From: Nitrosopumilus sp.
GTDB lineage: Archaea > Thermoproteota > Nitrososphaeria > Nitrososphaerales > Nitrosopumilaceae
DNA length: 64,000 nucleotides
Direction of reading: 5' to 3'
Assembly: GCA_965204345.1 (NCBI GenBank)
Contig: OZ241981.1
Coordinates: 1,376,001-1,440,000 of the forward strand
Positions 10,399 through 20,078 of the stretch are shown here, piece after piece (within the stretch, counting starts at the first letter, position 1; each line of letters opens with the position of its first letter). The notes under the pieces were generated by a model, which was given only the letters and a program-made list of their open reading frames with translations, searched no databases and had not been told where the DNA came from. A program made the position numbers and the translations under genes.

Positions 10399-11835
10399 AT
10401 GAGTATATTCCAATTTCTTGGGCTATTAGGTAGAGAAGAAAAAAAACAGGTTTCTCTTAGAGGCAGATGGATTGAAAGAGAATTTGGTTTTGAATATACT
10501 CCATTTGAAAGAAAGCAAATTGAAGAATTTTCTAAATCAAAAAAGAAAGATTTAGTAGAATTATCTGGATTTGTTTCTTGGATAGACAGAATCCGATTTT
10601 TACTTTTGCCAACTAGAACTACTCAAAGTAATTACATTATTTGTGAGGCTATAGAAGGATTAAACTTTCCTCCAAATAATTCATACATTTCTTGTAAAGG
10701 ACGATGGAAATATAGTGGAAAACTAGATTCCTTTTACAAAATTTTAGTTATAGAGGATGCCAAATTAGACATTCCTGACTACAAAAAATTTTCTTCGGAT
10801 ATGAAAGCATCTGATTTTCAGGGAAACCTATTTGAAAATTGGACTAATATTGATTCAACTCAACAGAATTTCTTATCACAATACTTCATCAGCTCTCCAT
10901 CATTGCCTAGTAGAGTAGGTGGAATTACAGTTTCTTTATTTAATCCTCGTCGTCAGTCCAAATTAGTCAGATCCCTTAATTTGGATTTACGAAGATCTAT
11001 TGCTCCAGAATTATTAGGTACAAAAAAAATGATTTTTGATATTCCTGAATTAAACAAAAAACATCGATTATTGCCATTTGATTGGAATGAAGAGATATCT
11101 GATTTTGAAAAAATTTCAGATAATACACAACAATCTCTTTTTAGAAAAAATCCTGTTGATAATTCGGAGCAATCTATTTCATTATTATCAAAAAAACATA
11201 AACCTCAAACTTTAGATTCATTTGGACTTACAAAATCAGATTATCCTATTGTAATTGAAGAACATGTAGAACGAAAAAACCATTCAATATATGCAGATTT
11301 GAAAATGACTCAATTTATTGTTGCAGCTCACATGAATACTCCTAGCATTGAACAAAAAATCTATGATGAATCATTAACCCATGCTAGAAATGAGATTAAG
11401 AAATTTGTAGATACTAAAAGTCATCTAGCAACTCATCTATTGGGATATGATAAAATGTTTAATTTAGATTATAACGGAAAACCATCTTCTATTTTGAATT
11501 TAGCTATATCTCAACAACGAGTAACTAATAGTGGTACTGTAAATAAAGAAAAAATTGTTTCGTCTACTAATGAATACATAAAAAATCTCAATCTTGTTTT
11601 CAAAATATGGGGAGATAGAACTGCCGAAGGTAAAATTCATTCACTGGCATCATTAAGCCTTAATGAAGAAAAAATTCTTGTATTTTTACATAGACATGGA
11701 CCTCATACGTTTAATGAAATTTGTAAGGCAACTGAACTCAGTATTGAGAAATGTAACAAAGCAATAGAGTATCTGTATAAAGAAGGTGCAATTTACATGT
11801 ATTCTCAAAATCAATACGCTGCTGTTCCTCAATAA
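10399..11835 (+). CDS. Hypothetical protein, possibly a degenerate MCM-like protein with a C-terminal winged helix
   Basis: C-terminal region resembles the MCM AAA-lid (IVAAHMNTPSI; GKPSSILNLAISQQR..VNKEKI) followed by wHTH (TFNEICKATELS..EYLYKEGAIY); no clear Walker A. Confidence 0.45.
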   Translation: MSIFQFLGLLGREEKKQVSLRGRWIEREFGFEYTPFERKQIEEFSKSKKKDLVELSGFVSWIDRIRFLLLPTRTTQSNYIICEAIEGLNFPPNNSYISCKGRWKYSGKLDSFYKILVIEDAKLDIPDYKKFSSDMKASDFQGNLFENWTNIDSTQQNFLSQYFISSPSLPSRVGGITVSLFNPRRQSKLVRSLNLDLRRSIAPELLGTKKMIFDIPELNKKHRLLPFDWNEEISDFEKISDNTQQSLFRKNPVDNSEQSISLLSKKHKPQTLDSFGLTKSDYPIVIEEHVERKNHSIYADLKMTQFIVAAHMNTPSIEQKIYDESLTHARNEIKKFVDTKSHLATHLLGYDKMFNLDYNGKPSSILNLAISQQRVTNSGTVNKEKIVSSTNEYIKNLNLVFKIWGDRTAEGKIHSLASLSLNEEKILVFLHRHGPHTFNEICKATELSIEKCNKAIEYLYKEGAIYMYSQNQYAAVPQ

Positions 11836-11898
11836 TGAAATTTAATTCTAAGAAAGATTCACACCTATCTGCACCCACTTTACCCAAAATGACGGCTG

Positions 11899-11917
11899 AA
11901 TCCCCGTGAGCCATACC
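11899..11917 (+). mobile_element. Degenerate copy of tRNA-Val 3' end (att-like site 1)
   Basis: aatccccgtgagcc-atacc versus tRNA end aatccccgtgggcccatacc. Confidence 0.7.
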
Positions 11918-11996
11918 ATATAATGAGTATCAAATAAGACGCACATTATGCCATCATCCAATGGAATTAACCATTGAGAAAATCAATACGCGTACA

Positions 11997-12100
11997 GATC
12001 TTTATACTCGTTACAAAATTGATACATTGATACCAAGATTCATATTGATATTAACCAAGTAAGCAGGATCTTTATACTTGTTACAAATTGACACATTGAT
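11997..12100. repeat. Imperfect 35-bp direct repeat flanking a 35-bp unique insert
   Basis: gatctttatactcgttacaaaattgatacattgat (11997-12031) and gatctttatacttgttacaaattgacacattgat (12067-12100). Confidence 0.85.
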
Positions 12101-12422
12101 GGCAGGTGGCAGCATTCACTTTTACAAGCCTAGACAAACTATTGGAAGAAAGCAATTTCTTGAGAGGATAATTGACTGGCATGAGGAAGGAAATCATATA
12201 GTGAAAACTCTAACAGAATATGATCAAAACTACAGAAAAAAAATTTGTAGTAAATGTACAGAAGAACAACAAAAGAAACGTAATTGTCTAAAATTAGACA
12301 TGTACACATCAGAAGGAATTCAACTAAAACATTGCAGTCACATGAATAATGCCCGTGTAAGAAAACATAAGCAGCTAATTAGAAATCATATACATCTACA
12401 CCCTTCGCTTCAAATTATCTAG
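12078..12422 (+). CDS. Small basic Cys/His-containing hypothetical protein
   Basis: CSKC...C...HCSH, possible Zn site; start may be the ATG at 12099. Confidence 0.6.
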   Translation: MLQIDTLMAGGSIHFYKPRQTIGRKQFLERIIDWHEEGNHIVKTLTEYDQNYRKKICSKCTEEQQKKRNCLKLDMYTSEGIQLKHCSHMNNARVRKHKQLIRNHIHLHPSLQII

Positions 12423-13415
12423 CTCATCAAAGAGAGCTTTCCTTTTTGGAACATATTCAGAAAAGAAAATTCCTTTTTTTACATGCTCTTTTATTTTCTC
12501 AATTTCCTTGCTGAGATTATTCATTGATTTTACTACTGCCTCTTCTGGAGTAATTCTCATTTTGTTATAACTCAGAATATTTCTATCAAGTACATATCCA
12601 AATACTTCCTTTGATTTCCTTCTTTCTTTCTCATCATTTTTCTTCCTTGGAAATCTTCGGAAATTGTGAGATGCAGTATGAACACCATAAAGAAAAGTGC
12701 ATGCCAAAAGTGATCTGTGAGGTGGAACAGTAGTGAAATGTCCTTTTATAACTGCTGTTACATTACACCAAACATTTTTTCCAAAAATTTTCTGAGATAA
12801 TCTTATCCAGTTTACATAATGCTTATCAAATGATGAAAATTTCACATTAAATCTTGAATATCCTTTCTCAATGATATAGTCAAGCTTCGCTTCAAATAAT
12901 CCTGGAGTGATAATTTCTATATCAATTGTAGGACAAATAATCTGATTATGTGGATTCTCTATACTTTTTAGCTGAGCCGCAAAAGCATCTACTGACTGTT
13001 CTCTATTGATCTCAATATCTGACAAAAACACTGATCTTAGAGTTCTCTGAATCTCTAGAATTGCCTGTCTATCTGCCTCTGTTTTACTGTAACCTTTCAA
13101 AAAATCATAGCCGATATCTATGATGCTATTGGGATATTTGCCCTTCAAATCAGAATATTTTTTCATAATGTTATTTTTTGTCTGCTTGTTTGCTAGCGGA
13201 TTTTTAATCTTTACTTGGTGATATAATTGAACAAGATTAGTATCTAGATTTGTATCCAAATCTTCTGCTTTTTCTAATTCACTTTTTATTGCTGCAACAT
13301 TTGGAAATTCAAACTTTTTTCCATAAATTGTAACTTCAATTACATTTACTCCCAACATGCCATCTTTAAGATCGATTTTATCTTGTGCAATATTTTCAAC
13401 GACTACATCTGTCAT
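12396..13415 (-). CDS. Hypothetical protein with probable tRNA-guanine transglycosylase (TGT)-like TIM-barrel fold
   Basis: N-terminal GKKFEFP resembles the TGT xxTP strand; FLYGVHTAS resembles GVDxFD; C-terminal NNLSKEIEKIKEHVKKGIFFSEYV resembles the TGT terminal helix. Confidence 0.45.
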   Translation of the reverse strand: MTDVVVENIAQDKIDLKDGMLGVNVIEVTIYGKKFEFPNVAAIKSELEKAEDLDTNLDTNLVQLYHQVKIKNPLANKQTKNNIMKKYSDLKGKYPNSIIDIGYDFLKGYSKTEADRQAILEIQRTLRSVFLSDIEINREQSVDAFAAQLKSIENPHNQIICPTIDIEIITPGLFEAKLDYIIEKGYSRFNVKFSSFDKHYVNWIRLSQKIFGKNVWCNVTAVIKGHFTTVPPHRSLLACTFLYGVHTASHNFRRFPRKKNDEKERRKSKEVFGYVLDRNILSYNKMRITPEEAVVKSMNNLSKEIEKIKEHVKKGIFFSEYVPKRKALFDELDNLKRRV

Positions 13416-13639
13416 CTGTATTCTTCTATTCTAGGTAGTTTGATGTCTAAATAGATATTGCAAGTTGTAACTTTTCTTGTTTGGTCTAATTTTTTCATTC
13501 CACCACTAACCACAATAGGATCCTCAAGTATCGAATCAATTAATTCTCTTAATAATTCGATGCGAGCAATTGATCCTAACACCATACCGTGTACAATACA
13601 GTTAACACCGTTCCAATAAATATTGGAGCGGAATTTCAC
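13412..13639 (-). CDS. Hypothetical protein, overlapping the next gene by 4 nt
   Basis: 75-aa ORF with ATGA-type coupling to 12396-13415. Confidence 0.5.
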   Translation of the reverse strand: MKFRSNIYWNGVNCIVHGMVLGSIARIELLRELIDSILEDPIVVSGGMKKLDQTRKVTTCNIYLDIKLPRIEEYR

Positions 13640-13655
13640 AAAAAGATCTTAATAC

Positions 13656-13862
13656 TTGGTAATTGTATTATTACCTATGCGATCTATTACATGCGGAATA
13701 TGTAGCAAAAAACACAAAATGTACGGTACAAGAGTAGAAAGAAATCTAACTAATATTTCAAACAATGGATTGCTATACAAATGCAGAGCATGTAATGCAT
13801 CACTAAACATAATTAGACTAAACGGAGAATGGGGTGTAAGATGGATTGAAGTCCTAACTTAG
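13656..13862 (+). CDS. Zn-ribbon small protein
   Basis: CGIC...CRAC; likely ATG at 13677. Confidence 0.6.
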   Translation: MVIVLLPMRSITCGICSKKHKMYGTRVERNLTNISNNGLLYKCRACNASLNIIRLNGEWGVRWIEVLT

Positions 13863-14115
13863 AATTTTCTGATCCAATACACCAAAATGATCTTTAATTC
13901 GATCTTTTCTAAAACAAACATGTAGCCGAAGTCTAAATCTTGTTTAAAGTGAATGCACCATATGAGGCTACATCTGATGATGTAGAAAATTTATTGAATA
14001 TTGCGAATAAAATATTTAAAGAATTATCATGATTTAGGTGAGAAATTTAATTTTAATATATATTTTTTGTATTATCCAATAAAATCTATATTAATTTCAC
14101 CACGTCACTATATCT

Positions 14116-14559
14116 ATGAAACAAAAACTTTCATACCAAATAGGTGACGGTCATATTGTTACAGGAGAAATTCCTGTATCACATGACAATTTTATCTTCA
14201 CAGACATTGAAGAACATATTGTCTTCACCAAATCCGACATTATCATGCATTATGATAAGGTAATGTCGACACTTGGTGACTCTTACAAGGGAGCAAGTAA
14301 ATATGCCTATGATAATATTTTACAAGCAATCAATACAATAATCGTTGCAAAAAATAATAGACTAAGAAGATCTGGAAAATCTGAAGCATTAGGCATTTTT
14401 GCATCAAGAGATGAAATTCTCTCCTGCAAAAATTCAGAGAATACCTCTGTTATTAGGAATAAAGATGACTTCAGGTCAAATACTAAAGTTATCAACAAAG
14501 TTTTTGTAGAAAAGTCGGTTCCAGCATGGATTGAAAAGTTTCTAGGAGGTAATTTTTAA
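14116..14559 (+). CDS. Hypothetical protein
   Basis: 147-aa ORF, stop/start overlap with the downstream gene. Confidence 0.65.
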   Translation: MKQKLSYQIGDGHIVTGEIPVSHDNFIFTDIEEHIVFTKSDIIMHYDKVMSTLGDSYKGASKYAYDNILQAINTIIVAKNNRLRRSGKSEALGIFASRDEILSCKNSENTSVIRNKDDFRSNTKVINKVFVEKSVPAWIEKFLGGNF

Positions 14560-15755
14560 TGACACAAGAGATTCTTACAGATTCAAAATGTCCATTGTGT
14601 AGAAAGGAGCTAGCATCTCATGAATATCATGCAGCACTAAAAGAGCTTGAAAACAAAGTACAGCAAAACTATGAAAAACAAAACAAGATTCTCACAAAAC
14701 AATACGAAGAACAAATAGAGCATCTAAAAGAGAAACATGAGACAGAAAGCACTAGAATAGAGCAAGATGTTACAAATTCTTACAAAAAACAGATTGAATT
14801 GATGCAGCAAAACTATGATGAAATGTCAAAGCAGAGTCAAAATCAATTCTCTGAGTTAAAAAAACAGCTAGAAACAAGCCACAAAAAAGATTTGGCAGAA
14901 AAGGAAAAGCAAATCAAATCTTTTGAGAAAGAACAGACAAAGTTCAAAAAATCTGCAATGGAGACAGCAAAGGCAGAGTTTGAGCTAAAATCTAAAAATC
15001 TCAATGACGAGATTAGAGCGCGTGACATACAGGTAACGAGATTCAAAGATGAGGTTGATTCACTCAAGAAACAACTCACACAAAGTCAGGCTGAACTTAA
15101 AGGTGAGGCTGGGGAGATAGATCTCTTTGTGACGTTAACTGATGCCTTCCCACAAGACAACTTTAGGCGTCAAAAAAGAGGAATTTCAAGTGGTGATCTG
15201 ATACAGCGTATCAGAACAGTATCATCTACACTTGATACACCAATTGTCTATGACAACAAGGCAGCAAATTCTGTAACAAAGACAGACATCATAAAGGCCA
15301 AGAAATATCAAAAAATACATGGAACAACATATGTTTTGATTGTAGGACAGAATCTTCCAAAGAAGAATGTCCCAAATGGTTTACTTGGTGAAAAAGATGG
15401 AATCATCTTGGTTCATCCTAGCATAGTAGTAGAGGTCTCAAAGAGAATCCGTGAAGGAATAATTGAGATATCAAAACTCTCACTGGGAAAAGAAGACAGA
15501 CAAGAAAAACAAGACAAATTATACCACTACATAATGAGTCAAGAGTTTTCTATGATTCTAAAGTCACTGTCAGACCTAAATGAGAAATTCTACCATCTCC
15601 AGTCAAAGGAAGAAAAGGATCACCAAACATTGTGGAAAAACCGCAAGAGTTTGCAAGAAGAATTTCTCAAGACATACAATGAACTCTCAAGTGGAATTGA
15701 GAGTATCACACAAGATTCTCTGATAGAAATTACACCAGAAACAGGAGAAAAATAA
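14559..15755 (+). CDS. DUF2130-family coiled-coil protein with a nuclease-like (RmuC-related) domain
   Basis: N-terminal CPLC, long coiled coil, QAELKGEAGE..L..AFPQD..GISSGDLIQ, C-terminal LYHYIMSQEF. Confidence 0.8.
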   Translation: MTQEILTDSKCPLCRKELASHEYHAALKELENKVQQNYEKQNKILTKQYEEQIEHLKEKHETESTRIEQDVTNSYKKQIELMQQNYDEMSKQSQNQFSELKKQLETSHKKDLAEKEKQIKSFEKEQTKFKKSAMETAKAEFELKSKNLNDEIRARDIQVTRFKDEVDSLKKQLTQSQAELKGEAGEIDLFVTLTDAFPQDNFRRQKRGISSGDLIQRIRTVSSTLDTPIVYDNKAANSVTKTDIIKAKKYQKIHGTTYVLIVGQNLPKKNVPNGLLGEKDGIILVHPSIVVEVSKRIREGIIEISKLSLGKEDRQEKQDKLYHYIMSQEFSMILKSLSDLNEKFYHLQSKEEKDHQTLWKNRKSLQEEFLKTYNELSSGIESITQDSLIEITPETGEK

Positions 15756-16437
15756 TGAACTGTCCAAAGTGTTAAAGTTCAAAAATGAATTTCTTTTTGA
15801 AAACTAGATCTCCTGAAATAATTCCTTTCAAAGAGTGTAAAGATTGTGCATATGAGATGAAACAATCTGAGACGATTTACTTGAATGACACAAAAAAGAT
15901 GAATGACAATAAATCAAAACAAAAAAGATTCAATCAAACATCTATTTTTTCTCATTTCAATGCAAAATGTGAATATGTAGATCCAAAATCTCCCAGAAAA
16001 TGCAATTCACAAGAAAGATCTTACCACTCATCATCTAAATTACAATCATTCTGATGACTGCCAAAAAATTTAGAAATTTTCTGTCTTCCTCATCATGAAA
16101 ACGAGAAGAAATTTTAAAGAAAAAACGTGATTACAGATAATACCAATACATTCATCATTTTATTTTAAACAAAAACTCCTCCTACCTGAGTTCTTATTTA
16201 ACTAAAATTTGATAACTCTTAGGACTATCTAATCTATTGTGGATTCTTATATACAAGAATCATATTTTCGTATATGTCGAACAACTTGGTAGGGTTTGGT
16301 AATTTGATATTGCAGAAGTGTGCAGTATGTACAAACACTTTCTTATCATGGAATAGTAATACTATATTAGAAATGAACATTTTCTTTACGTATATTAAAC
16401 CTCAAATATCATCACAAAATCCGAGAGACGAAGTAAT

Positions 16438-16740
16438 ATGATGAATTTAGAACAATCCAATGATTTGAAAAGTGCTCTTGTATTAGTCAAGTGTTCTAAA
16501 AATGAACATAATGATTGCAGAACTATAAGAGATGCTATGCTTAAGAAATTTGGTCATATACAAGAAGCATATACTACTGATGTTGAAATTGATAATCAAA
16601 AATGGTGTGTTGCAGCATCTGCATTAATTCCTTCTAATGAATCAGATCAATTCAAGAAAGAGTTGGGTAACCTTGATGCAGATGAATCTAATGCACACAT
16701 CACTATTGATGATTCTCGAGTCTTTATAGATGGACAGTAA
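16438..16740 (+). CDS. Small ferredoxin-fold/ACT-like hypothetical protein
   Basis: 100 aa with alternating beta/alpha pattern; directly upstream of the HAD gene. Confidence 0.55.
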   Translation: MMNLEQSNDLKSALVLVKCSKNEHNDCRTIRDAMLKKFGHIQEAYTTDVEIDNQKWCVAASALIPSNESDQFKKELGNLDADESNAHITIDDSRVFIDGQ

Positions 16741-16776
16741 AAGATTAAATCATATCTTCATAATTAATCAATACAC

Positions 16777-17742
16777 ATGTTTGTTTTTCTAATTGTAAGT
16801 GAGGATCAACATGATTTTGTATTACAAGAAATAGAAAGTCATGGCTATACTGTAATGGTGAATTCTAGACAAACACACTCAATATCAGTACGCGTTGATG
16901 ATTTTGGGGATAACCAACAAAGTAAAGAACAATTAGAACAGGATTTTTCAGGGATTGATGGCGTACTTCAAGTTCAATTAGCTGCGCCATTTCTAAATGC
17001 AGGTGAAGAAGTACCATTAACTGCATCTTTCAAAACTGGAGGATGTAGATTGATTTTTGATGTTGATAGTACACTCACACAAGGTACACCTGGAGTAATT
17101 CATCCTGATGTAGAAAATATCTTTGATAAAATTAAAGAAAAAGGAATTCGCATTTATCTTGCAACAGGACGATCAATGCCTGATCTAATCGAATTGATAA
17201 AAATTTTACCTATAAGTAAACATTCTATTGCTGAAAATGGCGGAATTATACTTGGATTTCCTCCTAAAAATTATGATGAATTTGGAACTATTACTGAACC
17301 AAAAAAAATTCTGACCTATTTACAAGGAAAATATTCTGTTAGAGAAGATATGGATCAAGGTGAACGATTTACGGAAATAATATTCTTGAAAAAAGATGTA
17401 ACAATGGAAAAATTAAAAGAAGCAAAATCTGCTACTGGAGCAAATGTGGATTTCCACGAAAGTCAAAATTCATTTCATGTAGCAGAACACGGTAAAAATA
17501 AAGGAACAGCGATGTTAGAATTAGCACATCGTCAGCATTGGGGAAATGATTTTAAAATTGCAATAGGTGATGCACCTATGGATATTCCTATGTTTGAAAA
17601 AGCTGACTATAGTTTTGCTGTAGGAAATTGTACTGCTGAGGCAGGTAATGCTGCTTCTAAAACACTTAGCGGCAAATATGAGAAAGGAATACAAGAAATC
17701 TATGAAATAATAGAACAGGTGCGTTCAAATCGACAATTTTAG
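16777..17742 (+). CDS. HAD-superfamily type IIB phosphatase (phosphoglycolate phosphatase-like) with an extra N-terminal ACT-like domain
   Basis: FDVDSTLT, LATGRS, IAENGG, NKG, IGDAPMDIPMF. Confidence 0.9.
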   Translation: MFVFLIVSEDQHDFVLQEIESHGYTVMVNSRQTHSISVRVDDFGDNQQSKEQLEQDFSGIDGVLQVQLAAPFLNAGEEVPLTASFKTGGCRLIFDVDSTLTQGTPGVIHPDVENIFDKIKEKGIRIYLATGRSMPDLIELIKILPISKHSIAENGGIILGFPPKNYDEFGTITEPKKILTYLQGKYSVREDMDQGERFTEIIFLKKDVTMEKLKEAKSATGANVDFHESQNSFHVAEHGKNKGTAMLELAHRQHWGNDFKIAIGDAPMDIPMFEKADYSFAVGNCTAEAGNAASKTLSGKYEKGIQEIYEIIEQVRSNRQF

Positions 17743-17793
17743 AATTATTTTTACATTCGTCTATGTTTATTTTCATCCCCAATTTGGTAGATG

Positions 17794-17808
17794 AATTCCG
17801 TGGCCCAT
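17794..17808 (+). mobile_element. More degenerate copy of tRNA-Val 3' end (att-like site 2)
   Basis: aattccgtggcccat versus aatccccgtgggcccat. Confidence 0.4.
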
Positions 17809-18059
17809 TTCCACTGTGGGTCTTGATACTGCTATCGCTATATTCGTTCTAGCACCGAGACCTGCTTGGAACAAATTCATGGCGCCGGATGGAAAAGAAA
17901 AACACTGCCAGATCCAATCAGGTAATCATGATGGCATGCATGCATAAATCAGAATTTCCATGCCTAAAGGCCTCAAACATTGTAATTCAATGAAATCACA
18001 CACCAATTTCTATGGCAGATATGCGATTTTTTTAAATTCTAATATTTTTACAGTATAAT

Positions 18060-19478
18060 ATGCCCCTTGCATCTAGAGCAATTTCACGTGATTCAGTCAA
18101 AACCTTCATCATGTATGTTCTAAGCAAAAGGGGAACAACAATATCAGTAATCGAGGAGAAAAAAAACAGGAAATATGATGGAGATGCATCACAAAAGAAA
18201 TATCAAGACAAGCATGTATGGATCACTAGAAATGATCTAATAGAATCTGTTGCAAAATTACTAAAGATCAATAAAAATTTGTGGGGTCCAAACCGAAACT
18301 CAAACAAGTTTCACAACATAGTCGATCAAGAGATTGGAAAACTGAGGCGCAAAAAGGAGATAGTAGACTGGAGCAGTACCAAACAGCTCGGAATATTCAG
18401 GCTCGAAGAAAATACTTCTGGTTTAGATGAATTACCAAATATGACTTTAGAAGATCCATCGCCTCAAAAAAATAATCATGATCCCTACACTGATACATCT
18501 GAGCAAAATCTCAAAAAAATATTCATATCCATAATTTCTGAATCCTCAAAATCCAACACCTATAAATTCACCCTTGCCAAGTCCCTCTTGGATTACTGTA
18601 AAGAAACTGATGAAAATAAGCCAACATACGAAATACCATACACATACTTTGCAAGTAAATTTTTAAAATATTATTGGTATCAGGAATACAAATTCAGAAT
18701 GAAACAAGATTATCTTAGTAAAGGAAAACCAAATGTCATCCAACAGATTAACAGTGTCTTTGGGGATAATCCTCCCGGAGATTTTAGCCTGCTTGAGAAA
18801 AACGACATAGATGCTGCAGAGCAAAAAATACTCAAAGCCGTGTTTGGTAGCATTCGGTCAAAAAAATCGATTGTTATTCCTGCATTTCAAAACATTTCAG
18901 TTGGACAAGGTGCAGAAGAGCGCAAGGTATTTTATGACTATGACAACAAAAGTAAAAAGCTATATCTTCGGAAAGAGGCATTTGATTTTTTCAAAAAAAA
19001 TAACAGCATACTATCAAAAGCAGTTCTTGCAGAGTGGGCAAAATTCCTAGAAAAGATCAATCATTCACTACCACGACTAGTTGCAAAGATCGATCAGTAC
19101 GATCTAAAGCGGGGTTCGCTAAATACGGTTCGAAACATGTATCTAAAACATACAGATCACTGCTTTTACTGTGCAAGTAAACTAGAAGATGATTACATTG
19201 AAGTAGATCATTTTATTCCATGGTCATACATATTTGATGATGCTGTATGGAACTTGGTCCTGTCCTGCAAAGACTGCAACCGCAAAAAAAGCAATTCACT
19301 TGCAGAGGAAGAGTTTCATCAGGCACTAATTAAAAGAAATTCAAGGCACTATGAAAAAATAAGAGAACTGCAAATCTCCCTGGATCAACTAAACACAGGC
19401 AAAGGCTGGAAACCGGTGATCAAAAATCACTATGTGACTTGCAAGGACTATGGATTTGCAATGATACGAATGCCTTAA
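18060..19478 (+). CDS. HNH endonuclease with an N-terminal Mrr_N-like winged helix; putative modification-dependent restriction enzyme
   Basis: KFHNIVDQEIGKLR..GIFRL, NTYKFTLAKSLL, CFYC..EVDHFIPW..NLVLSCKDCNRKK. Confidence 0.85.
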   Translation: MPLASRAISRDSVKTFIMYVLSKRGTTISVIEEKKNRKYDGDASQKKYQDKHVWITRNDLIESVAKLLKINKNLWGPNRNSNKFHNIVDQEIGKLRRKKEIVDWSSTKQLGIFRLEENTSGLDELPNMTLEDPSPQKNNHDPYTDTSEQNLKKIFISIISESSKSNTYKFTLAKSLLDYCKETDENKPTYEIPYTYFASKFLKYYWYQEYKFRMKQDYLSKGKPNVIQQINSVFGDNPPGDFSLLEKNDIDAAEQKILKAVFGSIRSKKSIVIPAFQNISVGQGAEERKVFYDYDNKSKKLYLRKEAFDFFKKNNSILSKAVLAEWAKFLEKINHSLPRLVAKIDQYDLKRGSLNTVRNMYLKHTDHCFYCASKLEDDYIEVDHFIPWSYIFDDAVWNLVLSCKDCNRKKSNSLAEEEFHQALIKRNSRHYEKIRELQISLDQLNTGKGWKPVIKNHYVTCKDYGFAMIRMP

Positions 19479-19560
19479 TGATGTTCATAACTGTATGTGG
19501 CTTGATGCAGACTTATCCAAAACTTGAAAATACTGCAATCCAATTTTGAGTGAACCATCT

Positions 19561-19740
19561 AAAATATTATGTGCTTTTGGCCGTATACGTGATCTTGATA
19601 CAAAAACAGTACTTTAGCGAAGATACCCAAACATTGATCCGCAATTTATGTTTGTAAATGTTGGTTATAATTTCTGTCCACTGAAATTCAAGGTGCATTT
19701 GGAATTCATCAAATACCAAATTAGATCAATTCATAGAACC
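19561..19740 (+). pseudogene. Fragment of a DegT/DnrJ/EryC1/StrS (ColD/RfbH-like) PLP-dependent sugar enzyme
   Basis: Manual translation KILCAFGRIRDLD..*..YPNIDPQFMFVNVGYNF / TEIQGAFGIHQIP / LDQFI, with one stop and two frameshifts. Confidence 0.75.
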
Positions 19741-20078
19741 AGTAATAAAACTGATATCCCACAAAATTAGGCACTGCCAAATTCAAAATTGGCAAGACTG
19801 ACTCGTTTTTCTTTGGAGATCATCAAAAAATTGGCAAATCAGAAAGAGAATACATAATGGATATAATTTCAGATTTTATTGATAAAAAGAAATGGCAAAA
19901 TAATTGACATTTTATTTTTTGTACTAGCATTCAAGTTATAAAATCTTAGAATTAATGATTATTGTTTTTAATTGGTACAAAACAAACTGATATGAGAATT
20001 AAAAACTTCTGTTTCTATCAAGTAGATATAAAAACCCTAAAATTAACTAAATTCAATTGTTATATACACAGCGTGAGA

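Noticed and set aside
15785-16054. 89-aa ORF as a functional gene
   Set aside because: Looks like a frameshifted Zn-ribbon remnant (upstream ATG-N-C-P-K-C-stop at about 15755); not supportable as intact
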